Positions 1 to 7,388 of a stretch of 57,213 nt of DNA are shown here, piece by piece. Source of the stretch: a virus (lineage: Duplodnaviria > Caudoviricetes); IMG/VR virus record IMGVR_UViG_3300036828_000780, positions 1 through 57,213 of that record; one strand, 5' to 3'. Both the position numbers and the translations under genes were made by a program. Position 1 is the stretch's first letter. Every line of letters starts with the position of its first letter. Under the pieces are notes generated by a model. The model saw nothing but the letters and a program-made list of their open reading frames with translations, ran no database searches and was not told the origin of the DNA.

Positions 1-128
1 GCCCCCCAAGGACCCGCCGACGGGTCGCCTGATCCCCGACCTGGTCGGGCGCGTCCTCGGCTACATGGATCGCCCGTGGAAGGCCGTCGCGATCATCGTG
101 GCGGTGGTCCTCGGCGCGGCCGGCTGGG
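1..128. repeat. Terminal direct repeat (copy 1), circularisation overlap
   Basis: 1-128 matches 57086-57213 with one mismatch (g118 vs a57203); the holin-like ORF reads through the junction. Confidence 0.95.
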
Positions 129-622
129 GCGTCTGGCAAGAGCGCGAGCGGCTGGCCTCGCTGTTCCTGGCTCCCGAGAAGGTGACCCTAAAGCGCAGCG
201 CGTTGCCGGCCGCGCTGGCGGCGGCGCTCAACGAGACCAGCGCCGATATCGTCGCGGTGTGGAGCGTCGACCTCCCCGCCAATGCCGCTTATTTCGAGCA
301 GGGCCGCAAGCGGGGCGGCGGCGCCTGGACGTTTCAGCCGGGGCGCGTGCCGGCGATCGTCCCGGGCAGCAGCGCCCCGCTGTTCGCCGATCTGCTCGCC
401 GGGCATGCGGTATGCGACGGCTCTGGCAATGCCACCTCGTTGATGACGCGGGCGATGGCCGATGCCGGCGTGCGGCGGTTTTGCTACGTGCCGATCCGCG
501 ACATGGAGGGCGGGGTGTTCGGGGTGTTGCTGTTGGCCTGGTACCAGCCGCCCGACCCGCCGCTTGAGATCGCGGCGCTCGCCGCCGGCGCCGCGATCGC
601 CGCCTCGCTCGTCTCGCACTGA
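65..622 (+). CDS. Putative holin (N-terminal TM helix plus GAF-like domain); true start probably TTG at 57075 across the junction
   Basis: Hydrophobic AVAIIVAVVLGAAGWGVW then GAF-like ...CYVPIRDMEGGVFGVLLLAW; directly follows the endolysin in circular order. Confidence 0.55.
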   Translation: MDRPWKAVAIIVAVVLGAAGWGVWQERERLASLFLAPEKVTLKRSALPAALAAALNETSADIVAVWSVDLPANAAYFEQGRKRGGGAWTFQPGRVPAIVPGSSAPLFADLLAGHAVCDGSGNATSLMTRAMADAGVRRFCYVPIRDMEGGVFGVLLLAWYQPPDPPLEIAALAAGAAIAASLVSH

Positions 623-627
623 GCGTC

Positions 628-1014
628 GTGCGCCGACTCGCCCGGGGCTGCGTCGCGGCGGCGCTGGCGGCCGCCCCGTTATTGGCCGGCGGCGCCGCGG
701 CGCAATTGACCGGGGACCTCAGCGCCGGCGATCTTTACCGGACCTGCGAGACCGGGCTGGCGGCGCCGCGCGATAACCCCGGCAGTGCCTTTGTATGTGT
801 CCGCCGGCTGCGCGTGTTGTGGCGCCGCGGCGTCGACGCCGGCGAGCTGTGCGGCGTCTGGCCCGCCGGCGACGAGCAGCTGGTGCAAGCGTTCCTGTCG
901 GCGATGCGCGGCTTGCCGCCCGATCACCTCCAATTGCATGCCGATGTGGCGCTCGCCGCGGCGTTTCCGTGCCCGTCGCGCCGGCTGCCCGCCAATCCGC
1001 CTGCCAACAAGTGA
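628..1014 (+). CDS. Secreted Rap1a/Tai-like immunity-family protein
   Basis: Signal peptide; GDLYRTC...C...C...QLVQAF...ALAAAFPC pattern typical of Rap1a. Confidence 0.6.
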   Translation: MRRLARGCVAAALAAAPLLAGGAAAQLTGDLSAGDLYRTCETGLAAPRDNPGSAFVCVRRLRVLWRRGVDAGELCGVWPAGDEQLVQAFLSAMRGLPPDHLQLHADVALAAAFPCPSRRLPANPPANK

Positions 1015-1379
1015 CCCTGCTCGAGGTGGTTGTCGCGGTGGTCATCGCGGCGTTGGCGCTGATCGGGCTGTTCCGCGGCGGCGTCGACGGCTTGCTCGCG
1101 GCCGACATCGCCGCGGCCGCCGAGGAGGCGGTGCAGCGCGCCGAGTCGCACCTCGCGGCGGTCGGCGGCCATCCCGAGCTGGTGGTCGGCGAATTCACCG
1201 ACGACGACGGCGGCGGCTACCGCTGGAGCCTGCGGGTCGCGCCGGCCGACCGGGCCGCCGATCGCGACCGGCCGACCCGGCTGTTCGCCGTCGAGGTCGT
1301 GATATCGTGGCGCGGCCGCCAGGGCCCCCGCCAGGTCGGGCTGCGGACCATGCGCCTCGGCCTGCGCCTGCCCGATTAA
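1011..1379 (+). CDS. GspI-like minor pseudopilin without prepilin leader
   Basis: GTG start overlapping upstream TGA; MTLLEVVVAVVIAALAL...AESHLA...GGGYRWSLRV...LFAVEVVISW. Confidence 0.7.
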   Translation: MTLLEVVVAVVIAALALIGLFRGGVDGLLAADIAAAAEEAVQRAESHLAAVGGHPELVVGEFTDDDGGGYRWSLRVAPADRAADRDRPTRLFAVEVVISWRGRQGPRQVGLRTMRLGLRLPD

Positions 1380-1617
1380 AACCGCTGGCGCGGCCCGTGG
1401 GCGCGCGTGCGGCGTTTGCCGCCCTACCCTACGTCGGCCCCGCGTCCCCTGCGCCAGGCGGCCGCCCGCTACGGTCCCGGCCGCGCTTATAAGGGGGGAG
1501 CTCGATTTTTTCGGGCCTCTCCTTCCGGGGCGGGTCTGTAGGGTTTCCGGTTGGTTGGTTCTTGACCCGAGCGTAGGCAAGAGTGTAGGCAAATGTAGGT
1601 ATGCCTACGGGGCGACG

Positions 1618-2010
1618 ATGATGCTCAGGCTGTTTCCGCCGGGTACGCGCGGCAAGAAAAGTTGGCTCGCCTATGGGCGCCGCAATGGCGTTCTGATCGA
1701 GCGGGTGACCGGGTGCGCCACCGAGGAGGAGGCCAAGGTCTGGCTCGACGAATTTCTGACAAAACCGCCGCCGCGCAGGCGCGCTAGGGTCATCGCGCGC
1801 GGTTACCCGCTCGCCGGGCGGACGGCGGGTGAGTACCGCGAAGCCGAAAAGCTCAAGGAGTGTCTGTCGACGTTCATCGGCGAGCTCGCGGCGCTTAATC
1901 TGGAGCGCGCCCGCCGCGGGATCTCTAGTCTCAATACCGTGGCAAACCAAGTGACGAACGCGGAGCGTCGTTTGTCGCAATTGCGCGCGGCATTGGAGAT
2001 CGACCCATGA
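1618..2010 (+). CDS. Hypothetical protein
   Basis: ORF coupled (ATGA) to the next gene; start uncertain. Confidence 0.5.
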   Translation: MMLRLFPPGTRGKKSWLAYGRRNGVLIERVTGCATEEEAKVWLDEFLTKPPPRRRARVIARGYPLAGRTAGEYREAEKLKECLSTFIGELAALNLERARRGISSLNTVANQVTNAERRLSQLRAALEIDP

Positions 2011-2486
2011 AGCGGCCCCCGCGCGACGTGCTCGAAGAGTATGGCCTGCCCTTGATGGAGCGCGCTTATGCCAAAGTCGAGGAAACCAGGGCGCGGCCAG
2101 ACCGGGAAAGCGTTGTCGCCGAATTCCTCAAGGAGCCGCCCGACAATTTCCCCGACCGCTACGACGACACCTATATCCGAGCGGTCTATTGGCGCGAGGT
2201 CGCGCTCTTGATCTGGCATCTTTTTACCGAGCGCCGCGGCTTTCTGACCGACAAGATCCCGCAATGGCGACAGCTGGATTTGTTTAAGGCGTTGCCGGCG
2301 CTGCGGCGCTGTTACGCGGTCCCGGAGGGCGGGACCGGACGGATCAGGGATCGCGATACTGAGAAGATGAATGCCGCTGAGGCTAAGGCGGCGCTCAGAC
2401 AGATCATCCGCGAGGCAATGCAGTTGCGGCGGTTATATCGGCGGTTACAGAAAGAGGAGGCGGAAAAGCAGCCTGCGAAAGTCTAA
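2007..2486 (+). CDS. Hypothetical protein
   Basis: 159-aa ORF with protein-like composition. Confidence 0.6.
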   Translation: MKRPPRDVLEEYGLPLMERAYAKVEETRARPDRESVVAEFLKEPPDNFPDRYDDTYIRAVYWREVALLIWHLFTERRGFLTDKIPQWRQLDLFKALPALRRCYAVPEGGTGRIRDRDTEKMNAAEAKAALRQIIREAMQLRRLYRRLQKEEAEKQPAKV

Positions 2487-2519
2487 GGGGAGGCGTCGCG
2501 GCGGTCGAGGGGTCCGGAC

Positions 2520-2705
2520 CCGGTTTGTAACCGCGGCGCTAAGTTATTGATATTAGGTCGCGGCTTGCGGGCGGTTTGTAAGTCTAAGTCATTGATTATT
2601 CGAAAATGCAGCACTCCAAGCCGAACTCAACGATCCGACCGTGAGTGTAGGAAAACCGCGGGTTTCGCGGTGGGTTTGTAAGTCGATTTCAGGAGGTTTG
2701 TAAAA
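2520..2705. promoter_or_regulatory. Putative attP region with integrase arm sites and IHF sites
   Basis: GGTTTGTAA at 2522, 2573, 2673 and 2695; two matches to IHF consensus WATCAANNNNTTR on the minus strand (2540-2552, 2585-2597); non-coding gap between convergent genes downstream of int. Confidence 0.7.
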
Positions 2706-2716
2706 CCCGGGGTGGT

Positions 2717-3040
2717 TTACTGCTTGGTCGCGTCATCCGGCAGCAGATCGTCGAGGGCGCGTTTTTCGGCCCGGTCCTTAAACTCGGCAAACACCGCATC
2801 CTCGGTTTGGGCCGCATCGAACCCGTCCTCCCAGGCGGCGTCGTTGCCAGCCTCCAGTAGTCGGGCGACAACCGCCTGCAGGCACTCGATCCCAAAACCG
2901 CGCGGATAGGCCGCCTGCAAATGGTGGACGAGAGCCGCGGTCAGCAGATCGATCTGCTCATCCCAGTCGAGGCGATCCAGCGCCTTGCCGAGCTCGGCGG
3001 TGGCGAGATCCCGGCGGGCGCGTTTGCTCAAGCGCGGCAT
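2717..3040 (-). CDS. Hypothetical protein downstream of integrase
   Basis: ATG at 3040 with AGGAG RBS; MPRLSKRARRDLATAELGK... Confidence 0.6.
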   Translation of the reverse strand: MPRLSKRARRDLATAELGKALDRLDWDEQIDLLTAALVHHLQAAYPRGFGIECLQAVVARLLEAGNDAAWEDGFDAAQTEDAVFAEFKDRAEKRALDDLLPDDATKQ

Positions 3041-4200
3041 GAGGCAACTCCTTTCGCGATGGTGTTCTGCTGCTGTTCCGCGCGGGCGCCTTTGGCGGCC
3101 GCGGCGATCCCCTGGTGGGCGAGCATCTCGCGGTTGATCATCGCCAGGTAGCGGCGCAATTCCTTCGAGCTCTTGTGCCCGGTCACCGCCATCATCGCGT
3201 CCTCGCTGGCGCCGCCGCCGGCGGCCCGCCGGCACCACGCCTTGCGCAGCCCGTGCATCGTCGCTTCCGGCGGCAGGCCGGCGGCGTCGCACCAGGTGCC
3301 GAACGCCGCGCCGAGACCGCCGGGGTGAGAGTACCCTTTGCCGCGATTGCTGATGATGTAAGTCTTGAGCCCGCACACCGAGGCGGCAATGGTGTGCGCC
3401 AGCGCGGGCTCGACCGGGATATGCACGAGGGCCCCGGTCTTTTGTTGGCGCAGTGTCATGATGCCCGCTTTGACCATGCCCGGCCCCATGCGGAAGACGT
3501 CCGAGATGCGCTGCGCGGTGTATAGCGGCAAGGCCATTGCGAGCCGCGCCGTCGAGCCGATCGGGTGGTGCGCCTCGTATTGGGCGACCCAGGCTTCCGG
3601 CCAGGTCTGGTGCCCGTCCTCGCTGTCGTCGTCGGCCGCCTTGGCGGGCGGCTTGTAGCCTTTGAGGCCGGTGGTCGGATCCTCTTTGATCAGCTCGACG
3701 GCGACGGCGTATTGCATCAACCCGCGCAACGCGACGAGCGCGTTGCGCCGGGTCGACGGCAACAACAGATCGAGCCGGGCGATGATGTCGCCGCGCCGCA
3801 GGTCGCTCAGCAGGCGGTGGCCGTCCTGCGCCCGGAACCGTTCGAGGATGCCGCGGCGGGTGCGCTGGGTTCCGTCGGAGAGCGGTTCGAGAAAATATTG
3901 GTTGCTCTGGTAATAGGCGGCGATCGCCGCGCTGATCGTGCCGGCTTTCGAGCGCTTCGCCTCGCCGATCGCGACCGGCTCGACCTTGCGCATCTCGGCG
4001 AGGTAGGCGGTCAGGAACTCGACCGAGTCCGGTTCGCCGGGCAATGCCACCGCCGGGTGTCCGGGCCGGCGAAAGTACCGCCGCACCTTGCCGTGGCGGT
4101 CGGTGAAGCGGTTGACGTGCGGCAGTTCCTTGCCCGCTTGATGGCGGGGTTTATTGACCTTTTGGCTTTCGTTTCCAATAATCATCGGGTACGGGCTCAT
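3028..4200 (-). CDS. int: Tyrosine recombinase / phage integrase
   Basis: DRHGKVRRYFRR arm domain; YTAQRISD (R), QQKTG (K), HGLRKA, VTGH and RRY catalytic motifs; start approximate. Confidence 0.93.
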   Translation of the reverse strand: MSPYPMIIGNESQKVNKPRHQAGKELPHVNRFTDRHGKVRRYFRRPGHPAVALPGEPDSVEFLTAYLAEMRKVEPVAIGEAKRSKAGTISAAIAAYYQSNQYFLEPLSDGTQRTRRGILERFRAQDGHRLLSDLRRGDIIARLDLLLPSTRRNALVALRGLMQYAVAVELIKEDPTTGLKGYKPPAKAADDDSEDGHQTWPEAWVAQYEAHHPIGSTARLAMALPLYTAQRISDVFRMGPGMVKAGIMTLRQQKTGALVHIPVEPALAHTIAASVCGLKTYIISNRGKGYSHPGGLGAAFGTWCDAAGLPPEATMHGLRKAWCRRAAGGGASEDAMMAVTGHKSSKELRRYLAMINREMLAHQGIAAAAKGARAEQQQNTIAKGVASCRA

Positions 4201-4378
4201 CCCAGGAGTTCGTGACCGGAGCTGGCGTCGCGTCGTTTGCTGCGGGTGACGCCAGTTCCAACTTTATGCGACCATCCGATCCGATTTCCACTCGCGCAAC
4301 TTTGTTGCCGGTCTGCTCGACGGCGCGGATCGCGGCGGCGACGTCGCGTTGGCGGAAGGTTAGACGATCGCGCGCCAT
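4151..4378 (-). CDS. Excisionase-like small protein
   Basis: TFRQRDVAAAIRAVEQTG..VARVEIGSDGRI...NSWDE, the type of small gene found just upstream of such integrases. Confidence 0.65.
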   Translation of the reverse strand: MARDRLTFRQRDVAAAIRAVEQTGNKVARVEIGSDGRIKLELASPAANDATPAPVTNSWDEPVPDDYWKRKPKGQ

Positions 4379-4403
4379 CAATTGGGCGATCGGCTAGTTG
4401 ACG

Positions 4404-4631
4404 TCAAGTGGCGTCAATCGCGAAGTCGGGCAGGGCGGCCAGCCGCTGGCGCAGCTGGGAGTGCGCGACCCGCTTGCCATCGAGCAACGCATGGTGCGGG
4501 CCGGCGCGATAGATGCGATGCCCGGCGCGCCGCGCCGCGATGATCATCCGGTGTAATCCCGGGTCCTCGGGGTGCGCGAGGCGGCGTTGTGCCGGGATGA
4601 TCAGCGGGAGCTCAAAGTCGCGGCCTGTCAT
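4404..4631 (-). CDS. Hypothetical 75-aa protein directly after array B
   Basis: ATG at 4631, MTGRDFELPLIIP...; the longer in-frame ORF runs through the non-coding array. Confidence 0.5.
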   Translation of the reverse strand: MTGRDFELPLIIPAQRRLAHPEDPGLHRMIIAARRAGHRIYRAGPHHALLDGKRVAHSQLRQRLAALPDFAIDAT

Positions 4632-4633
4632 CG

Positions 4634-5290
4634 GGCTCTGCCTCGCCTGCTTTGCCATGCCCTGCCTTGCCATGCCCTGCCTCGCCGTGCCGAGCCGCGC
4701 CGCGCCCAGCCTGGCCCGGCCAAGCCCGGGAAATTCGCTAAAACCAAATCCTCGCCTCGCCTCGCCTTGCCGCGCCGCGCCCAGCCTCGCCCGGCCAAGC
4801 CAAGCCTGGCGGGGCCTTGCCACGAAATCCGCTAAACCCAAATCCTCGCCTCGCCTCGCCTCGCCCAGCCCTGCCCTGCCCGGCCGCGCCAAGCGCGGCC
4901 CTGCCATGCCTTGCCGGGAAATCCGCAAAAACAAATCCTCGCCTCGCCTCGCCGTGCCTAGCCCCGCCGTGCCGCGCCTGGCCCGGCCACGCCGAGCCTG
5001 GCCGGGCCTGGCCACGCAATCCGCAAAAAACAAATCCTCGCCTTGCCGTGCCACGCCGCGCCGAGCCTTGCCTAGCGACGCCTCGCCCGGGAAAATCCGC
5101 AAAAACCAAATCCTCGCCTCGCCTCGCCTTGCCGCACCCGGCCGCGCCCAGCCCGACCTCGCCCAGCCACGCCCCGCCCCGCCACCAAAACAAATCCTCG
5201 CCTCGCCTCGCCATGCCAGGCCTGGCCGCGCCATTACATGCCGGGCCCCGCCACGCGCGGCCTCGCCGCGCCTCGCCGGGAAACTCCTGT
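4634..5290 (-). ncRNA. GGY-NN pentamer array B (7 units separated by GGATTT...TTCC hairpin-like linkers); putative guide RNA array
   Basis: Minus strand reads e.g. GT-GGC-CA-GGC-CC-GGC-CA-GGC-TC-GGC-GT...GGC-GA-GGC-GA-GGATTTGTTTTTGCGGATTTCC; units at about 5198-5279, 5114-5185, 5038-5089, 4939-5015, 4846-4917, 4752-4823 and 4634-4728. Confidence 0.88.
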
Positions 5291-5947
5291 TCACGCCGCC
5301 GCCGCGGGTTGCTGCGCGCGCCACAGCTCGACCAGCCGGTCCATTGCGTCGCGAAAATTGGCGTTGTCGTGCGGCCACATGTCCTGTTCGAGGAGCAGCG
5401 CCAGTTGCCGCGCGTAAAAAGTCGCCGGATTGCCGCCATAGTGGCGCATCGCCTCGATCTGGTTGGCCGACAGCCGCTGGCCCTTGAGATGCGCGAGCCC
5501 GCGCTTTAGGGCGATTGCTTGCCCTGTCGGTGCGTGGCCAAATCCGCGGGTGATGTCGTCGATCTTCGGCGGCGGTATGCGCACCAATTCGCTGAGCGAG
5601 ATGCGTTCGTAGCCCAATGCGGTGAGCCGGGCGATGGCGCTGCGCAAATCATACCCGCTGAGCGGCTGGCCGTGGGCTACGTTGAGCCGCACGGCGTCGG
5701 CGAACAGCTCGGCCTCGCTGGCGTAGGTCCGGGTTTCGACCTCGATTGTGTCGATGCTGAGCGTCTCATAGGCGGCGTTGCGGTGCCAGCCGTCGACCAG
5801 GCGCCGGGTGTGCGCCTCGACGACAAGCGGCGGGAAACGCGCGCCTGCATTGTAGGCGTCGATTAGCCGGCCCACTGTAATTGGGTCGAGGTGCGCGCGC
5901 GCCCGCAATGTCTCGTCGCACTGGATGCGATTACGCTTCATCTTCAT
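5291..5947 (-). CDS. ParB/Srx-like N-terminal domain protein between the two arrays
   Basis: GGAGG RBS; FPPLVVE..TRRLVDGWHRNAAY and RLNVAHG motifs. Confidence 0.8.
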   Translation of the reverse strand: MKMKRNRIQCDETLRARAHLDPITVGRLIDAYNAGARFPPLVVEAHTRRLVDGWHRNAAYETLSIDTIEVETRTYASEAELFADAVRLNVAHGQPLSGYDLRSAIARLTALGYERISLSELVRIPPPKIDDITRGFGHAPTGQAIALKRGLAHLKGQRLSANQIEAMRHYGGNPATFYARQLALLLEQDMWPHDNANFRDAMDRLVELWRAQQPAAAA

Positions 5948-5957
5948 CGCCTGCCTC

Positions 5958-6334
5958 CAAATCCTCGCCTCGCCTCGCCTCGCCCAGCCTTGCCAGGCCG
6001 TGCCCCGCCGGGCCATGCCCGGCCAAGCCACGCCTGGAATTCCGCTAAACCCAAAGCCTCGCCTCGCCGTGCCTCGCCGGGCCCCGCCTCGGCCCGCCAG
6101 GCCATGCATCGCCACGCCTTGCCCGCGCCTGGCCCTGCCCCGGAAATTCAATAAACTCAAATCCTCGCCTCGCCTCGCCCAACCCAGCCATGCCACGCCT
6201 AACTCCGCCCCGCCGTGCCCTGCCCGGGATCAATAAACTCAAATCCCCGCCTCGCCTCGCCTGGCCTCGCCCCGCCGTGCCGAGCCACGCCCGGCCAGGC
6301 CTAGCCAAAACAAATCCCCGCCTCGCCTTGCGCG
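5958..6334 (-). ncRNA. GGY-NN pentamer array A (short leader plus 4 units); putative guide RNA array
   Basis: Starts right after the stop of the Cas7-like gene; units at about 6245-6306, 6165-6226, 6059-6141 and 5965-6036; same GGCGA-GGCGA-GGATTT 3' handle. Confidence 0.88.
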
Positions 6335-7111
6335 TCAGCTCTGCTCATCAGGCGGCGCGCCGTCCCAATCCAGAACGCCGGCGGGGTCGACCTCATCGAG
6401 CCGGGCGATCTCGCCGCCCGGCGTGTAGGCCTGCCACGGCCCGTCCCCGTAAGCGACGCCGATCAACGCGAACCTGCCGAACCATCCCTTGCTCTTGCCG
6501 GGGCGGTAATCGCCGACCCCTTTGCGCTGACCGGCGTCGGCCATGATGTCGGGCAGGATTGTCGGGTTGGGCACGAGCTGCTCGTCGAACAGCAGCGTCA
6601 TGTGGCCGATTGCCCAGACGTTGAACCGCGGCCGCGCCCGCAGGATGCGCTGGCGCTGCACGACCGCCGGGCGGCGGTCGATCTCGTAGCTGGACAATGG
6701 CGCGAGGTCGGCCGGATTGAGCAGCGCGAGGAATTCCTCCCTGACCTCGATATGCGCCAGCCATGGCGCAATCGAGCCGCGCGACCCTTTCGGCGCCTTG
6801 AAGATTGTCGCCGCCTCAAGCAAGGCCAGTCTGAAGGCCAGACCGAGGATCGCAAAGTGGCCTTCCGCGGTGCGATAGACGCCGGCCTCGGCCTCCACTT
6901 CGGGTTCGGGAATGTTCTTGCCGCCGCGGGCGGCGGCCGGGGTCAGCATTGCCTGCGCGTTGTGCGTCAAGAGCGGGCTGCGCCCCATCACCGAGAGCCG
7001 CAACCGGGCGCGCGCCTCGGCTTCCGGCGGCAAGACAAACGGGATCGTGCAGTCGAGATCTTCGGCGGGCGGCGCCAGTTGTGGGGCGTTGCGTCGTGAG
7101 GCGTTGCTCAT
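6335..7111 (-). CDS. Stand-alone Cas7/RAMP-like protein (Vipr-like), putative RNA-guided filament subunit
   Basis: LSVMGRSPLLTHN (RAMP beta1 + H), AFRLALLEAA helix, IDRRPAVVQRQRILRARPRF thumb, C-terminal G-rich loop AGQRKGVGDYRP...GWFGRF. Confidence 0.8.
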   Translation of the reverse strand: MSNASRRNAPQLAPPAEDLDCTIPFVLPPEAEARARLRLSVMGRSPLLTHNAQAMLTPAAARGGKNIPEPEVEAEAGVYRTAEGHFAILGLAFRLALLEAATIFKAPKGSRGSIAPWLAHIEVREEFLALLNPADLAPLSSYEIDRRPAVVQRQRILRARPRFNVWAIGHMTLLFDEQLVPNPTILPDIMADAGQRKGVGDYRPGKSKGWFGRFALIGVAYGDGPWQAYTPGGEIARLDEVDPAGVLDWDGAPPDEQS

Positions 7112-7175
7112 TTTGGCGATCCTTTCGTGAATTCAGCCGATCGACTGGTCGGGGAAGGCCTGTCATCGCCCGGCG

Positions 7176-7388
7176 TCAATAGTAATCGTCGTCGGGGTCC
7201 TTCCATTGGACCGCGGTCGGCGCGACGCCGCGCGCGGCGGCGATCGCCTGGAGCATACGTGTGAAGCCGATATCGGCTAAGACCGCCTGGATCTGGTGGC
7301 CGTCTCTGGTCATCAACGTGACGGTGCGGCCGTCGACTAGGTCGCGGAAGGCGGCCTCATCGATGACGAATTTGCGGGGCGACGGCAT
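7176..7388 (-). CDS. Hypothetical protein
   Basis: Small ORF coupled to the upstream gene. Confidence 0.5.
   Translation of the reverse strand: MPSPRKFVIDEAAFRDLVDGRTVTLMTRDGHQIQAVLADIGFTRMLQAIAAARGVAPTAVQWKDPDDDYY

Noticed and set aside
1-128. Biological terminal repeat or attL/attR
   Set aside because: It lies inside a gene that reads across the junction, and its length is typical of assembly overlap; attP-like features are at about 2520-2705
2598-2670. tRNA-derived att core or tRNA gene
   Set aside because: No recognisable tRNA 3' end; the integration target could not be identified by eye
4404-5509. Long overlapping ORFs (e.g. 4404-5378 -, 4513-5487 +, 4738-5439 -, 4817-5509 +) with ARRGEAR / PRLASP repeats
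   Set aside because: Artifacts of a stop-poor period-5 array; period 5 does not fit codon structure and all frames look equally low-complexity
4634-6334. Canonical CRISPR array or simple microsatellite
   Set aside because: 'Spacers' are themselves GGY-NN periodic, linkers vary and there is no cas1/cas2; non-random decodable NN content argues against slippage repeats
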